Source of the DNA: Treponema sp. UBA4328 | GTDB taxonomy: Bacteria; Spirochaetota; Spirochaetia; Treponematales; Treponemataceae | Reading direction: 5' to 3' | Assembly (NCBI GenBank): GCA_002394465.1 | Contig: DGTU01000003.1 | Span: 1 to 46,554, forward strand | DNA: 46,554 nucleotides | In this document: in pieces, positions 38,232 to 46,554 of the stretch | Position numbering within the stretch: position 1 is the first letter of the stretch | Layout: the number at the start of each line of letters is the position of its first letter | Made by a program: the position numbers and the translations under genes | The notes under the pieces: model-generated | The model's database searches: none | The model's input: the letters and a program-made list of their open reading frames with translations, nothing else | What the model was told of the DNA's origin: nothing

Positions 38232-38262
38232 AAAAAAAGGCCGGCTCTTTAAAGCCAGCCAT
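38232..38262 (-). terminator. Intrinsic terminator after fabV
   Basis: - strand GGCTGGCT-loop-AGCCGGCC-T7. Confidence 0.75.
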
Positions 38263-38283
38263 TTTTATCACGAAGTTTTATGC

Positions 38284-39507
38284 CTACTCGATTGCAGACA
38301 TGTCAGTAACTTCTTTTGTATAGTCAACGCCGTCAACATCAAAACCGTTGATATTGAGGAAGTCTTTTCTTACTCCTTCAAGGTCAATCATGTCAGCGAT
38401 GTTTTCCTGAGTGATTTTCGGCATGATCTGATCAACTTTTTCCTGAATCTCAGGGCGGAGTTCAAGGTCGTCGATGCGGATTCTTCCTTCTTCATCAACC
38501 GGAACCTTTCCGTCAGCAGTGTAAAGGCGCTCAGTGAACAGGCGTTCAATCTGTTCCTTACAGCCTTCATGAGTTCCTGCAGCCTTCTGAATCTTGAACA
38601 GACAGCCGAGGTAAACACCGATTACAGGAATTACAGAAGATGAACGTGTGATAAGTCCCTTGTTGACAGAAACATATGCAGAACCGTTAACTTTCTTGAG
38701 CATTGAATCAATAACCTTTGCACGTTCTTCAAGGTCTTTCTTTGCCATACCGATTGTACCGTCACGATAGATTGCGTGGCTGAGTGCCGGTCCGATGTAA
38801 GAATAAGCTACAGTCTTGCAGCCTTCAGCGAGAACATCAGCATCAAGAAGGTACTTGAACCATCGTTCCCAGTCTTCACCGCCCATAACCTTAACGGTGT
38901 TTGCAATATCATCACCTTCAGCAACAGGAGCAACAACATCAGGGATGAGTTTTCCGTTTACGATATCAAGAGCCGGACCCTTGTATTCCTTTCCGATTAC
39001 CTTGAGTACAGAGCGGTAAAGTTCTTTTGTATCAGGATCTGTGCGTACAGGAGAAGCGAGGGAATAGATAACGAGATCGAATTTAACGCCCCATTTCTTT
39101 GCTTCATCGATTACAGCCTGGCGGCATTCATCAGAATAAGCATCCATGTTGAATGTAGAAGATTTAAGTCCCTGTGCAGCAGCGAATTTGTCAAAAGCCT
39201 TGTTGTTGTACCAGCCAGGAGTACCACCCTTAGTCTCAGTTCCTTCTTTCTCAAATGAAACACCGATTGTATCTGCACCATATTCAAATGCAGCAACGAT
39301 GCGGCTTGCAAGACCATAACCGGTTGAACATCCCAGAACAAGAACGTTCTTCGGAGCCTTAGCGTTGCCCTCTTTTGAAGACTTTATGCCCTTTTTGTTT
39401 TTCTGAGAAACAACCCAGTCAATCTGGTTCTTAGTATCCTTAGCACATCCGATCGGATGAGCGTTGATACAGATGTTGGAACGGACCATAGGTTTTATAA
39501 TTGCCAT
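38284..39507 (-). CDS. fabV: Trans-2-enoyl-CoA/enoyl-ACP reductase (FabV/Ter)
   Basis: KPMVRSNICINAHP.GC, VLVLGCSTGYGLASRI, YSLASPVR, VKVMGGEDW, YSYIGP, Y..GTIG.AK, GFDVDGVDY. Confidence 0.95.
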   Translation of the reverse strand: MAIIKPMVRSNICINAHPIGCAKDTKNQIDWVVSQKNKKGIKSSKEGNAKAPKNVLVLGCSTGYGLASRIVAAFEYGADTIGVSFEKEGTETKGGTPGWYNNKAFDKFAAAQGLKSSTFNMDAYSDECRQAVIDEAKKWGVKFDLVIYSLASPVRTDPDTKELYRSVLKVIGKEYKGPALDIVNGKLIPDVVAPVAEGDDIANTVKVMGGEDWERWFKYLLDADVLAEGCKTVAYSYIGPALSHAIYRDGTIGMAKKDLEERAKVIDSMLKKVNGSAYVSVNKGLITRSSSVIPVIGVYLGCLFKIQKAAGTHEGCKEQIERLFTERLYTADGKVPVDEEGRIRIDDLELRPEIQEKVDQIMPKITQENIADMIDLEGVRKDFLNINGFDVDGVDYTKEVTDMSAIE

Positions 39508-39547
39508 AGTAAATGTCTCCTAGTGATAGAAAAATTAAATCACTATT

Positions 39548-39575
39548 ATTATGACACTTTTTAAATTTTTGTCAA
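39548..39575 (-). promoter_or_regulatory. Probable fabV promoter
   Basis: TTGACA-16-CATAAT with extended TG; AGGAG RBS downstream. Confidence 0.5.
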
Positions 39576-39591
39576 TGTCGCTGAATCAGAC

Positions 39592-39626
39592 AAAAAAATC
39601 CCCGGCACCGCGCAGGCACCGGGGAT
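39592..39626 (-). terminator. Intrinsic terminator after the giant surface-protein gene
   Basis: - strand ATCCCCGG-loop-CCGGGGAT followed by a T run. Confidence 0.8.
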
Positions 39627-39644
39627 AACCGTCACTCAATGATT

Positions 39645-42600
39645 TTATTCTTCAGGGTATTCCTTACCGAATTCCAGGTAAGTTCCAAGATAGCCGATTA
39701 CCGGAACGCCGTCACTGTCAAAGCCGAGACAGACGTTCTGGAACTTAGGATCGCCACCCTGAGGTGGTGTGATTGCAGGAACTGTCATGTATTCCCAGTT
39801 GCCTGTAGTATAACCACTTTCATCAACACCTTCTTTTAATGCAGTACTGTAATTTGTAAGAGTAATTGCAGTTCCATTAAAATATGCAAGTTTCAAAGGC
39901 TGTCTGTTACCAGTTTCAGTTGCATTATAGTAAGAAATATAAGGGATATAACCATTTGTTGTATCACCTTTTACCTGAATGTCTGTCCAGTTTCCTACAG
40001 ACGCATACTGATCTATATAGTAGCCAACTGGAGTTCCATAAGTCATTTCAGTAGAATCGTATGGAACATAGTAGTAGATCAAGTCTGACTCAGTTGCATC
40101 AAAAGCCGCAATATGGAGACAGTCAAAACCATCAACAGTCATAGAAAGATACTGTCCTGCAGAATCCTTGAATCCTGAAACAGTCTTCCATGTTATATCT
40201 GGGGTTGTATCCGTACCATCTACACCGCCCTCAGAATATTTTACATACATCTGACTGTTATCTGCATCGTAGTAAGCAATAACTGCCTGATTATTTGAGT
40301 TAACTACAAGATCCAGATGCTTAGATGCATCAGATGCTACAATTACCCTGCCGTCAGTATCGTTATCAGCAAGATTTGAGTAATGATTATTAGACAATGT
40401 ATTTACGCCAAATGTTGTAGTACCAACCTTAAATGTTCGGAAGATAATATTTTTATTTGTCGTATTATCATCATAGTAGGCCATATAATATCTTGCGCCT
40501 TCTTCGGAATCCGAATTACCTTTTGCTGCGAGTTTAATTCCCTGATAGCGGCCAATGAGAGTAGAGTCTCCATAAGAGTTTGGTTCCAGAACTATTGCAT
40601 TATTGTTATTGTTGCTAGCAAAGTCTCCGGAATAACCATACCATGATGTCTGATTACCCCAACCATCTGTATAAGTATTCCTATTCCACTTATGATTTTC
40701 TGCATAATTGTTATAAACGACATGCAGATAACTTGCACTGTCATTAAACATCGTTGCATGAATAAACTTTCCAGAATCGTCCTTTGCCATAGCCATCTGA
40801 TCCCATTCCATACCACCAATCAGATAAGTAATACTACTTGTCTTTCCTGTTGTTGCGCTGAATTCTGCACGCTGTGGTACATAATTTTCAGGATATGCAG
40901 AAGTACCGTTTGTCCCAAGCTTACTATCATAGGTATCATTTACACCATTCTTATCAATATAACCAAATACAGGATTATTACCGTTCATTATCATAACCGG
41001 ATAATATCCGTTCTTAATTCCCGTATCTTTCATATCAAAGAACCTCAGGTACCTGTCATCCTTGAGCTGGATGTTCTTTGTTGTGTAATAGTCCGGCTCG
41101 CGGTTATAGGCGCTTGAGTAGTCACTTGCAGGATCAGCATTATCTGCAGTCAGCTGTTCACCTTCAGAGTTTTTAGCCGTACCGTATGCATCATCCTTGT
41201 TGATGTTGTTCAGTGCACGAACTCCCTTAGAGAAGATTTCAAGGTAACCGCTGGCAGAAATACCGCTGTTTGTAATCGTTGCAGTATTTGTATCTGTTGC
41301 AGTAATTGTAAGGGCTGTTCCGCCTGTGGTCTTGGTAATTGCAGTTCCGTGGGCCACGCTTTCCTTTGCAATCTTTGCAACGAGATCTGAGGTATTAAAG
41401 TTAAAGCCGGTGACAGTAATTACGTTATCTTCGTTGTTTGCAAGAATACTGTACTTGCCGCTGGCAGAACGGATATTGTTGTCCTTAAGTCCGCTGGCCT
41501 TGCGTACAGATGTCTTGATTCCCGTAATGTATGGAACTACGTCCATCTGGTAAGAAGGAACGTTTGTTGTACCGTCAGTTACCACATAACCTGAAGTTGT
41601 ATCAGGAGCGGTTACGGTCGAAACGTTTGTCCTTCCTGCAAGGTCAGTTGCAGTTACAGTAAGGGAAACGTTTTCCTGAGCCTTATTGGTTATAAGTTCC
41701 GTATCAACTGCAAGAGTCCAGTAAACCTTATGTCCGCTCTGACTGAAGTAAGTATTATCTTCATGATAGTTATTTACTGCAGTATCAGCATCAGTATATG
41801 TTACGGTTGCCTTCCATCCTGAATCACTTGAAGTGCCGATTGTACCGGTTCCAGGTGTCCAGGTCAGGTTATCCTTGTCATAAGTTGCAATCGTACCGCT
41901 CAGGTTGGCAAAGCTGAACGTGAGGCTTGAAAGTGCATGATCGTCGTATGCAGTTCCTGTAAATACAATCTTTCCTGAAACCTTAGGATCGCTTCCGTAA
42001 AGAGTCAGGGCAGCAGTTCCCGTAAGGTCTTTTTCAAGTTCAATATGTCCTTTAAGGTCAGAGACGCTTGAAGCCGTTGAAGAGCCGTAGATAGAGTTTT
42101 TCTTTATTCCGGCCCAGTAGAACGGATTTACTACTACCTTAGGAGGTATTGAGTCAACAAGGTCAATCGTAAAGTCATTAACGTAAAGTACGCAGTTCTG
42201 GCTGTCTGTACCCTGGGTAAGTTCATCAGTTTCATCCCAGAACGTAAATGAAGCACCCTTTCCGGTACCGTCGTTTGCTTCAGTAACGGCAGTTACAATA
42301 GCCGTATTGGCAATTGTATAGCCGGAGAGTGCTGTTGCAGTATCTGCCTTATTGTATGTAACGGTTCCGAGTTTAGACGCAGCTGCATGAGCAGTAAGTG
42401 AATCGTCTTTAACGGCTGTCGTTCCATTAGAAACTGTTACGGCATTCAGTGAAGAAGCATCCTTACCGTAAACCATTATTATTTCACCGTTACCGCCTAC
42501 AAGTTCAGCAATGACAGCAAGCTTGTTTTTAATCGTAAACGCATCACCAAAGTTAGCGGTAGAAATTTCCAGTGCATCCTTAACTTCCGTCGTATCAATT

Positions 42601-45600
42601 CCGTAGGTCTGGTTTGCAGAATAGAGGTTATAGCCTTCAAATTCGCTTGTCTCATACTCTCCGTTGCTGTTAAGGTCTGTACCGAACCATACTTTAGCAA
42701 GACGAGGTGCAGAGTTTTCAACATTAACCGGATATATTCCGCCGCTTACGTTTCCTGCCTTATCGAATGCAAGAACTACGAGAGAACAAGGACCGTCAGG
42801 CATGTTATAAGAGTGGATTGTTGCATCCCAGGTGTATCCGATAGATTTAGAGCCTGTGAGGGTTTCAGGCATTGAGTCGCCGTCATCCGAAGAGTTCTTG
42901 AATGTAAACGGATTTGCACTTGTACTTGAAGTGCTTTCCGTTGCGGTGTTATCAACAACCTGAGCATACGGGAAGTAAACCGTTCTTGAAACAGAAGCAG
43001 AAAGACCTGTGCTTTCCCTGAACGTTACGACACCGTTTGCATCAATAGATTCAATTCTCCTGAGGATACCGCCGGCTTCGATGAGTCCGCCTTCGCGGAT
43101 ATGTGCGTTGCCGGTTATGTCAGAAGCTGTTGACGGAGTAAACTTGTATTCTTCGAGGGTTCCGGCAACTGCCTTAGCATACATGTAATAGTTACTGCTT
43201 TCCTGAGTAAAGGTGCGCTTTGTAAGTCCTGACAGGAGAGCCTTAGAATCTGCCGTACCTGTAGTAACAAGAGGATCAAGAACTGCCTGATTATCATAAG
43301 TCTTTCCGTCTATGTCAGATGAACGTACATAGTAGAATACGAGCCTTTCAAATCCTGAAGCAGTTTCTTCTACAGTACCACCGAGAGTATATACGTAGTC
43401 AGAATCTGCAATTTTGTTTGTTTCACCCGTACCCGTCTTCAATACGTTGGCAGCATTGTAGCTTGCACCCTTATAGATGCTTTCAATAACCGGAGCAGCA
43501 TTATCGATGTTCAGTGTATATGTAGCAGAAATTGCATGTTCAGTGTCTTCAACGGTAACTGTATAGCTTACCGTTGCATTTGTCTTGTCTACAGGGATGA
43601 ATACGTAGCGTGTTTTTTCCTTGCCGTCGCTTCCTGTTACAAGAGTTGAAAGATAATAGTCTGTTCCTTCAGTAAGTGAAGAATTACCCTTTGTTACAAC
43701 CGGAACCTTAAGTTCACTTTCGTCATGAAGCATGACGGTCAGATACCAGTCATCCTTGAGGTATACTCCGTTTGAATATGCCTGACCGGCAACAATGTTA
43801 GAGGCATCTTCAATGTCAGCTGCAACACAGGCAGTTGAAGGTGCAGTAGTATACTGCTTCAATGTTGCCTGCTGTGTCGGAGCCGTATTATCGATGTTTA
43901 TGTATGTCCAGTCTGTCCATGATCCGACCTTGCCTTCAGCGTTTACTGCACAGGCACGGATTGCAATATATGTAATTTCACCTTCATCAGGGTTCATCTC
44001 ACCGTTTGAGTTAATCGTAAAGTTCCATGAAGCCGTATTGTTTGCCTTAATACCCCACCATGAAGACGGATCTACGTCACTGGCGAATGTAAGGCTTGCA
44101 ATACCAAGTTCAGAAGCGGCAGATGATGCATTTGCAACAGTGTAACAGAAATTACCTTCATGCTTGAGTGAAGCAATGTATGCAGAAGTCTGCGTATATG
44201 TTCCGCTGTCAGCTATGTTTGCAGTTCCGCTTATAATCTGCAGATAGACGTTTCCGACTGTAGTAGTTGCAGAAGGAATTTCCGCACTACCGGTAATGCG
44301 TACTGCACCGCCGAGAGTTACGTATTCGTGAGGAGCAGTATAGTTGCTTTCATTCGGATAGCTGATTTTTGTGAGTGGACGGTCACCTTCAGGATTATGC
44401 CTGAACGTAAAGTCCCTGTAAATCGTGCAGTTTCCGAGTTCGTCTTCTGTCTTTACATAGAACGGCAGAGTATAGATATCACCGGCAGTGTCATTTGTAT
44501 ATGTCGTACTGTCGTATCCGGTCAAAGTTGCCGAATCAAGAATGAACTTCCATACACCGACAGATGAACCGGTTTCAATGCTGTTGTTCCACAATGAATT
44601 ACCTGATCCGTTCTTGAGCGCTGCAATTTCAGTGTCAGAAAGGGCAGCCTGTGCCAGTGTCGGAATAAGCCATGCAGTATCATAAGTTCCGGCGCTTCCG
44701 TCATCAGTTGAAGTTCCGCCGAATGTAATTGAGCCTGTAAGTTCGTCTGTTGAGCTCGGGCTTGTCAGTGTAACTGCAGGACCTGAGTTATCTACCATGA
44801 AAATCGGAGAAGCAGTTCCGAGCAGCCCTGAATTATCATAAACTTCAAGCGTACCCGAAATTGAACCTGTCTTCATTGAAGAAACGTCAATATAATCTGT
44901 CGTCCATACGGCAGTAGTTGTTCCGGTTATGCTTCCGTTCTCCGTAAATCCTTCATAACCGTCTTTAGATGCAATGAGGATAGACTTGTCAGCACCTGTT
45001 TTGTCCTTATAGTTTAAGGTCAGCCTTATGCCGTCGATTCCGTTGGCATCATAAGCCGTGATAAGGAATTTTGCATACTGTTTCTTTGTACCACCGAGAA
45101 CAAGGCTTGTTCCAGGAGCTTCCTGTTTTCCTTCCGGATTTGAACTGTCTATGCCGTATGCAGTTTTTCCAGAATCGTATGCCTGAACGAGAGTATTTAC
45201 GATTGTAGGCGAGGTTCCGTCGCTCTTGTATGCAAGTGCGCTGCTGCTGTCAACTGCAGTACTTGTCTTGTACTGGAAATACGGCTGAGAGTATTTATAC
45301 TGGTTTCCGTTTACAGTTTCAATTTTGCCCGTATAGAATACTTTGTCTTCATTGTCCTTGATGTAGAAGTAAACGGTTTTTTCACCGTCGCCTGTTTCGG
45401 CAGGAGTGAACGTCCATTCACCCGACTTCTTGTTGAATGTCGTAATATCGTATTTAGTTCCGACCTGGACCTTAGAAGTTACGACATCACCGCTTTCAGT
45501 AGAATTAACGCCTGTCAGGCTTGTAATCTGGGATGTAGTAGCAACGAAGTTCTTTGCAACGATTTCAGAAGTAGCATCGTCGTCAGAAAGGGTTCCTTCG

Positions 45601-46554
45601 ATTTTTGCATCTTCACCGTATTTGAGGATATAGACTCCGTCACTCTGAGTAAGGTTCGTTACCTTTACGGTAGGACGGTCAGTGTTCATGTCTACAGTGT
45701 ATTCAAAGTAGTTTGTTCCCTTAACATACTTATATGCCGATGTCGACAGGTCATAGACAGTATTGTTTCCTGCAGTATCCGTAACAACCGGGATAAAGTA
45801 GAGTGAAGCCGTTTCAGGTGAACTTTCAACGCCGCTCAGGTCATATGTATCGATGCTGTCAAATGACCAGCTGTAGATTTTTGATGAGTCAGTAATGGTG
45901 TCAATTCTCGTGTAAGAAGCAATGTCACCTGAAGGAACCGAAGTTGAATAGTAAAGTTCGAGTTTTGAAGGAATTGCACCTTCAATGGTTACGGTTCCGT
46001 TAAGGGAAACGGTTCCGTTTACGTCTGAGTCTGCAACAGGGCTGCTTATTTTTACAACCGGCGGAGTCGTATCAGATGAAAGCGTAAAGAGTGTCGAAGC
46101 ACTTTCGTTGCCTGCACCATCGGTTACAGTTCCGTTTACGTTGTAGGTCTTTCCTGAAGTAAGGGTTGAAAGAACCGAAATCGGAATCTCAGTTGTCCAT
46201 CTGCCGTCATCAGCAATGTCATCTTCAGAAATTGTTACTTCCTCATTGTTTACCTTAAGGACAATCTTCTTAACGCCGGAACCTGAGTCTTCAGAAGTTC
46301 CTTCAACGGTTATAGGAGTAACGCCGTTTGTATACTGTGTACCACTGTGGCTTGTACAGCTCATTGAAGGACTGTCCGTATCTACGTTGATTGAAGCATT
46401 GTAGTAGATTATGTCTTCTGTTGTATTACCGTCTCCGTCTGCATCTCCGCCGTCAACGGCTATTACGCAGTCAAAGGTAGCGTTGCCTACCTTGTCTTCT
46501 GCAACAAGCAGGAGGTAGTTTATGCCTTCTTTAAATCCTGAAAGTACAGAGTCA
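39645..46554 (-). CDS. Giant Ser/Thr-rich surface protein with many Ig-like repeats and a probable beta-propeller C-terminus; 5' end lies outside the window
   Basis: Frame is open from 46364 to the window edge (DSVLSGFKEG...AEDKVGN...VDTDSPS). Recurrent D.(T/S/A).P domain junctions with G(T/S)..D..SG and D.AGN motifs; C-terminal (V/H)IA(Y/A)(Y/F)D blade-like repeats. Confidence 0.85.
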   Translation of the reverse strand, partial: DSVLSGFKEGINYLLLVAEDKVGNATFDCVIAVDGGDADGDGNTTEDIIYYNASINVDTDSPSMSCTSHSGTQYTNGVTPITVEGTSEDSGSGVKKIVLKVNNEEVTISEDDIADDGRWTTEIPISVLSTLTSGKTYNVNGTVTDGAGNESASTLFTLSSDTTPPVVKISSPVADSDVNGTVSLNGTVTIEGAIPSKLELYYSTSVPSGDIASYTRIDTITDSSKIYSWSFDSIDTYDLSGVESSPETASLYFIPVVTDTAGNNTVYDLSTSAYKYVKGTNYFEYTVDMNTDRPTVKVTNLTQSDGVYILKYGEDAKIEGTLSDDDATSEIVAKNFVATTSQITSLTGVNSTESGDVVTSKVQVGTKYDITTFNKKSGEWTFTPAETGDGEKTVYFYIKDNEDKVFYTGKIETVNGNQYKYSQPYFQYKTSTAVDSSSALAYKSDGTSPTIVNTLVQAYDSGKTAYGIDSSNPEGKQEAPGTSLVLGGTKKQYAKFLITAYDANGIDGIRLTLNYKDKTGADKSILIASKDGYEGFTENGSITGTTTAVWTTDYIDVSSMKTGSISGTLEVYDNSGLLGTASPIFMVDNSGPAVTLTSPSSTDELTGSITFGGTSTDDGSAGTYDTAWLIPTLAQAALSDTEIAALKNGSGNSLWNNSIETGSSVGVWKFILDSATLTGYDSTTYTNDTAGDIYTLPFYVKTEDELGNCTIYRDFTFRHNPEGDRPLTKISYPNESNYTAPHEYVTLGGAVRITGSAEIPSATTTVGNVYLQIISGTANIADSGTYTQTSAYIASLKHEGNFCYTVANASSAASELGIASLTFASDVDPSSWWGIKANNTASWNFTINSNGEMNPDEGEITYIAIRACAVNAEGKVGSWTDWTYINIDNTAPTQQATLKQYTTAPSTACVAADIEDASNIVAGQAYSNGVYLKDDWYLTVMLHDESELKVPVVTKGNSSLTEGTDYYLSTLVTGSDGKEKTRYVFIPVDKTNATVSYTVTVEDTEHAISATYTLNIDNAAPVIESIYKGASYNAANVLKTGTGETNKIADSDYVYTLGGTVEETASGFERLVFYYVRSSDIDGKTYDNQAVLDPLVTTGTADSKALLSGLTKRTFTQESSNYYMYAKAVAGTLEEYKFTPSTASDITGNAHIREGGLIEAGGILRRIESIDANGVVTFRESTGLSASVSRTVYFPYAQVVDNTATESTSSTSANPFTFKNSSDDGDSMPETLTGSKSIGYTWDATIHSYNMPDGPCSLVVLAFDKAGNVSGGIYPVNVENSAPRLAKVWFGTDLNSNGEYETSEFEGYNLYSANQTYGIDTTEVKDALEISTANFGDAFTIKNKLAVIAELVGGNGEIIMVYGKDASSLNAVTVSNGTTAVKDDSLTAHAAASKLGTVTYNKADTATALSGYTIANTAIVTAVTEANDGTGKGASFTFWDETDELTQGTDSQNCVLYVNDFTIDLVDSIPPKVVVNPFYWAGIKKNSIYGSSTASSVSDLKGHIELEKDLTGTAALTLYGSDPKVSGKIVFTGTAYDDHALSSLTFSFANLSGTIATYDKDNLTWTPGTGTIGTSSDSGWKATVTYTDADTAVNNYHEDNTYFSQSGHKVYWTLAVDTELITNKAQENVSLTVTATDLAGRTNVSTVTAPDTTSGYVVTDGTTNVPSYQMDVVPYITGIKTSVRKASGLKDNNIRSASGKYSILANNEDNVITVTGFNFNTSDLVAKIAKESVAHGTAITKTTGGTALTITATDTNTATITNSGISASGYLEIFSKGVRALNNINKDDAYGTAKNSEGEQLTADNADPASDYSSAYNREPDYYTTKNIQLKDDRYLRFFDMKDTGIKNGYYPVMIMNGNNPVFGYIDKNGVNDTYDSKLGTNGTSAYPENYVPQRAEFSATTGKTSSITYLIGGMEWDQMAMAKDDSGKFIHATMFNDSASYLHVVYNNYAENHKWNRNTYTDGWGNQTSWYGYSGDFASNNNNNAIVLEPNSYGDSTLIGRYQGIKLAAKGNSDSEEGARYYMAYYDDNTTNKNIIFRTFKVGTTTFGVNTLSNNHYSNLADNDTDGRVIVASDASKHLDLVVNSNNQAVIAYYDADNSQMYVKYSEGGVDGTDTTPDITWKTVSGFKDSAGQYLSMTVDGFDCLHIAAFDATESDLIYYYVPYDSTEMTYGTPVGYYIDQYASVGNWTDIQVKGDTTNGYIPYISYYNATETGNRQPLKLAYFNGTAITLTNYSTALKEGVDESGYTTGNWEYMTVPAITPPQGGDPKFQNVCLGFDSDGVPVIGYLGTYLEFGKEYPEE

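Noticed and set aside
39521-39545. TAGTGAT-N11-ATCACTA upstream of fabV as a Rex site
   Set aside because: Spacing is far too long for Rex; more likely a weak 5'-UTR hairpin or a site for an unknown factor
39645-41035. Diversity-generating retroelement target or polymorphic toxin tip in the giant protein
   Set aside because: No reverse transcriptase, template repeat, immunity gene or orphan tips in the window; a terminator follows the stop directly
46362-46364. Track start codon of the 2239-aa ORF
   Set aside because: The frame stays open to the window edge and there is no RBS or signal peptide, so this is an internal Met
608-46404. Numerous 60-160 aa ORFs in the track overlapping longer genes (e.g. 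16667-16999, 25910-26338, 38776-39258)
   Set aside because: They are antisense or off-frame shadows of well-supported genes, with no motifs or RBS

Overview
Gene-dense chromosomal window from a spirochaete, most likely a gut or rumen Treponema. This assignment is inferred from a T. denticola Ter/FabV-like gene, many spirochaetal lipoproteins and the RpsU sequence. Left to right: 3' part of rpsU, HAD nucleotidase, lipoproteins, pyrF, an NlpC/P60 protein, tRNA-Val(GAC), a modular PL1 pectate lyase, rhomboid-rex, an ACT protein, a SAM methyltransferase, uppP, oligoendopeptidase F and a thioesterase. Next comes an ~11 kb accessory chemosensory cluster (MCP, cheY, cheB, cheR, cheA, STAS, inverted cheW, cheD, an atypical soluble MCP-like protein, a MinD/FlhG-like ATPase), then a TPR lipoprotein and a double-TetR/TolC/MFP/RND efflux operon. 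The window ends with a fabF-like gene, two paralogous esterases, fabV and the 3' ~6.9 kb of a giant Ig-repeat surface protein. I saw no CRISPR array, transposase, integrase or phage genes. The best candidate for an undescribed system is the chemosensory cluster: its CheA carries a tandem MshEN-like (c-di-GMP-binding) insert, and it encodes an MCP/CheZ-like hybrid co-transcribed with a MinD-like ATPase. Other notable signals are an AT-rich, possibly exchanged tip segment in the giant protein, a tRNA whose leader and trailer pair to form its own terminator, a fused double TetR with twin operators, many leaderless promoters, and a dispersed GTCATT...AATCTC palindromic repeat. All calls are by eye; no database searches were run.
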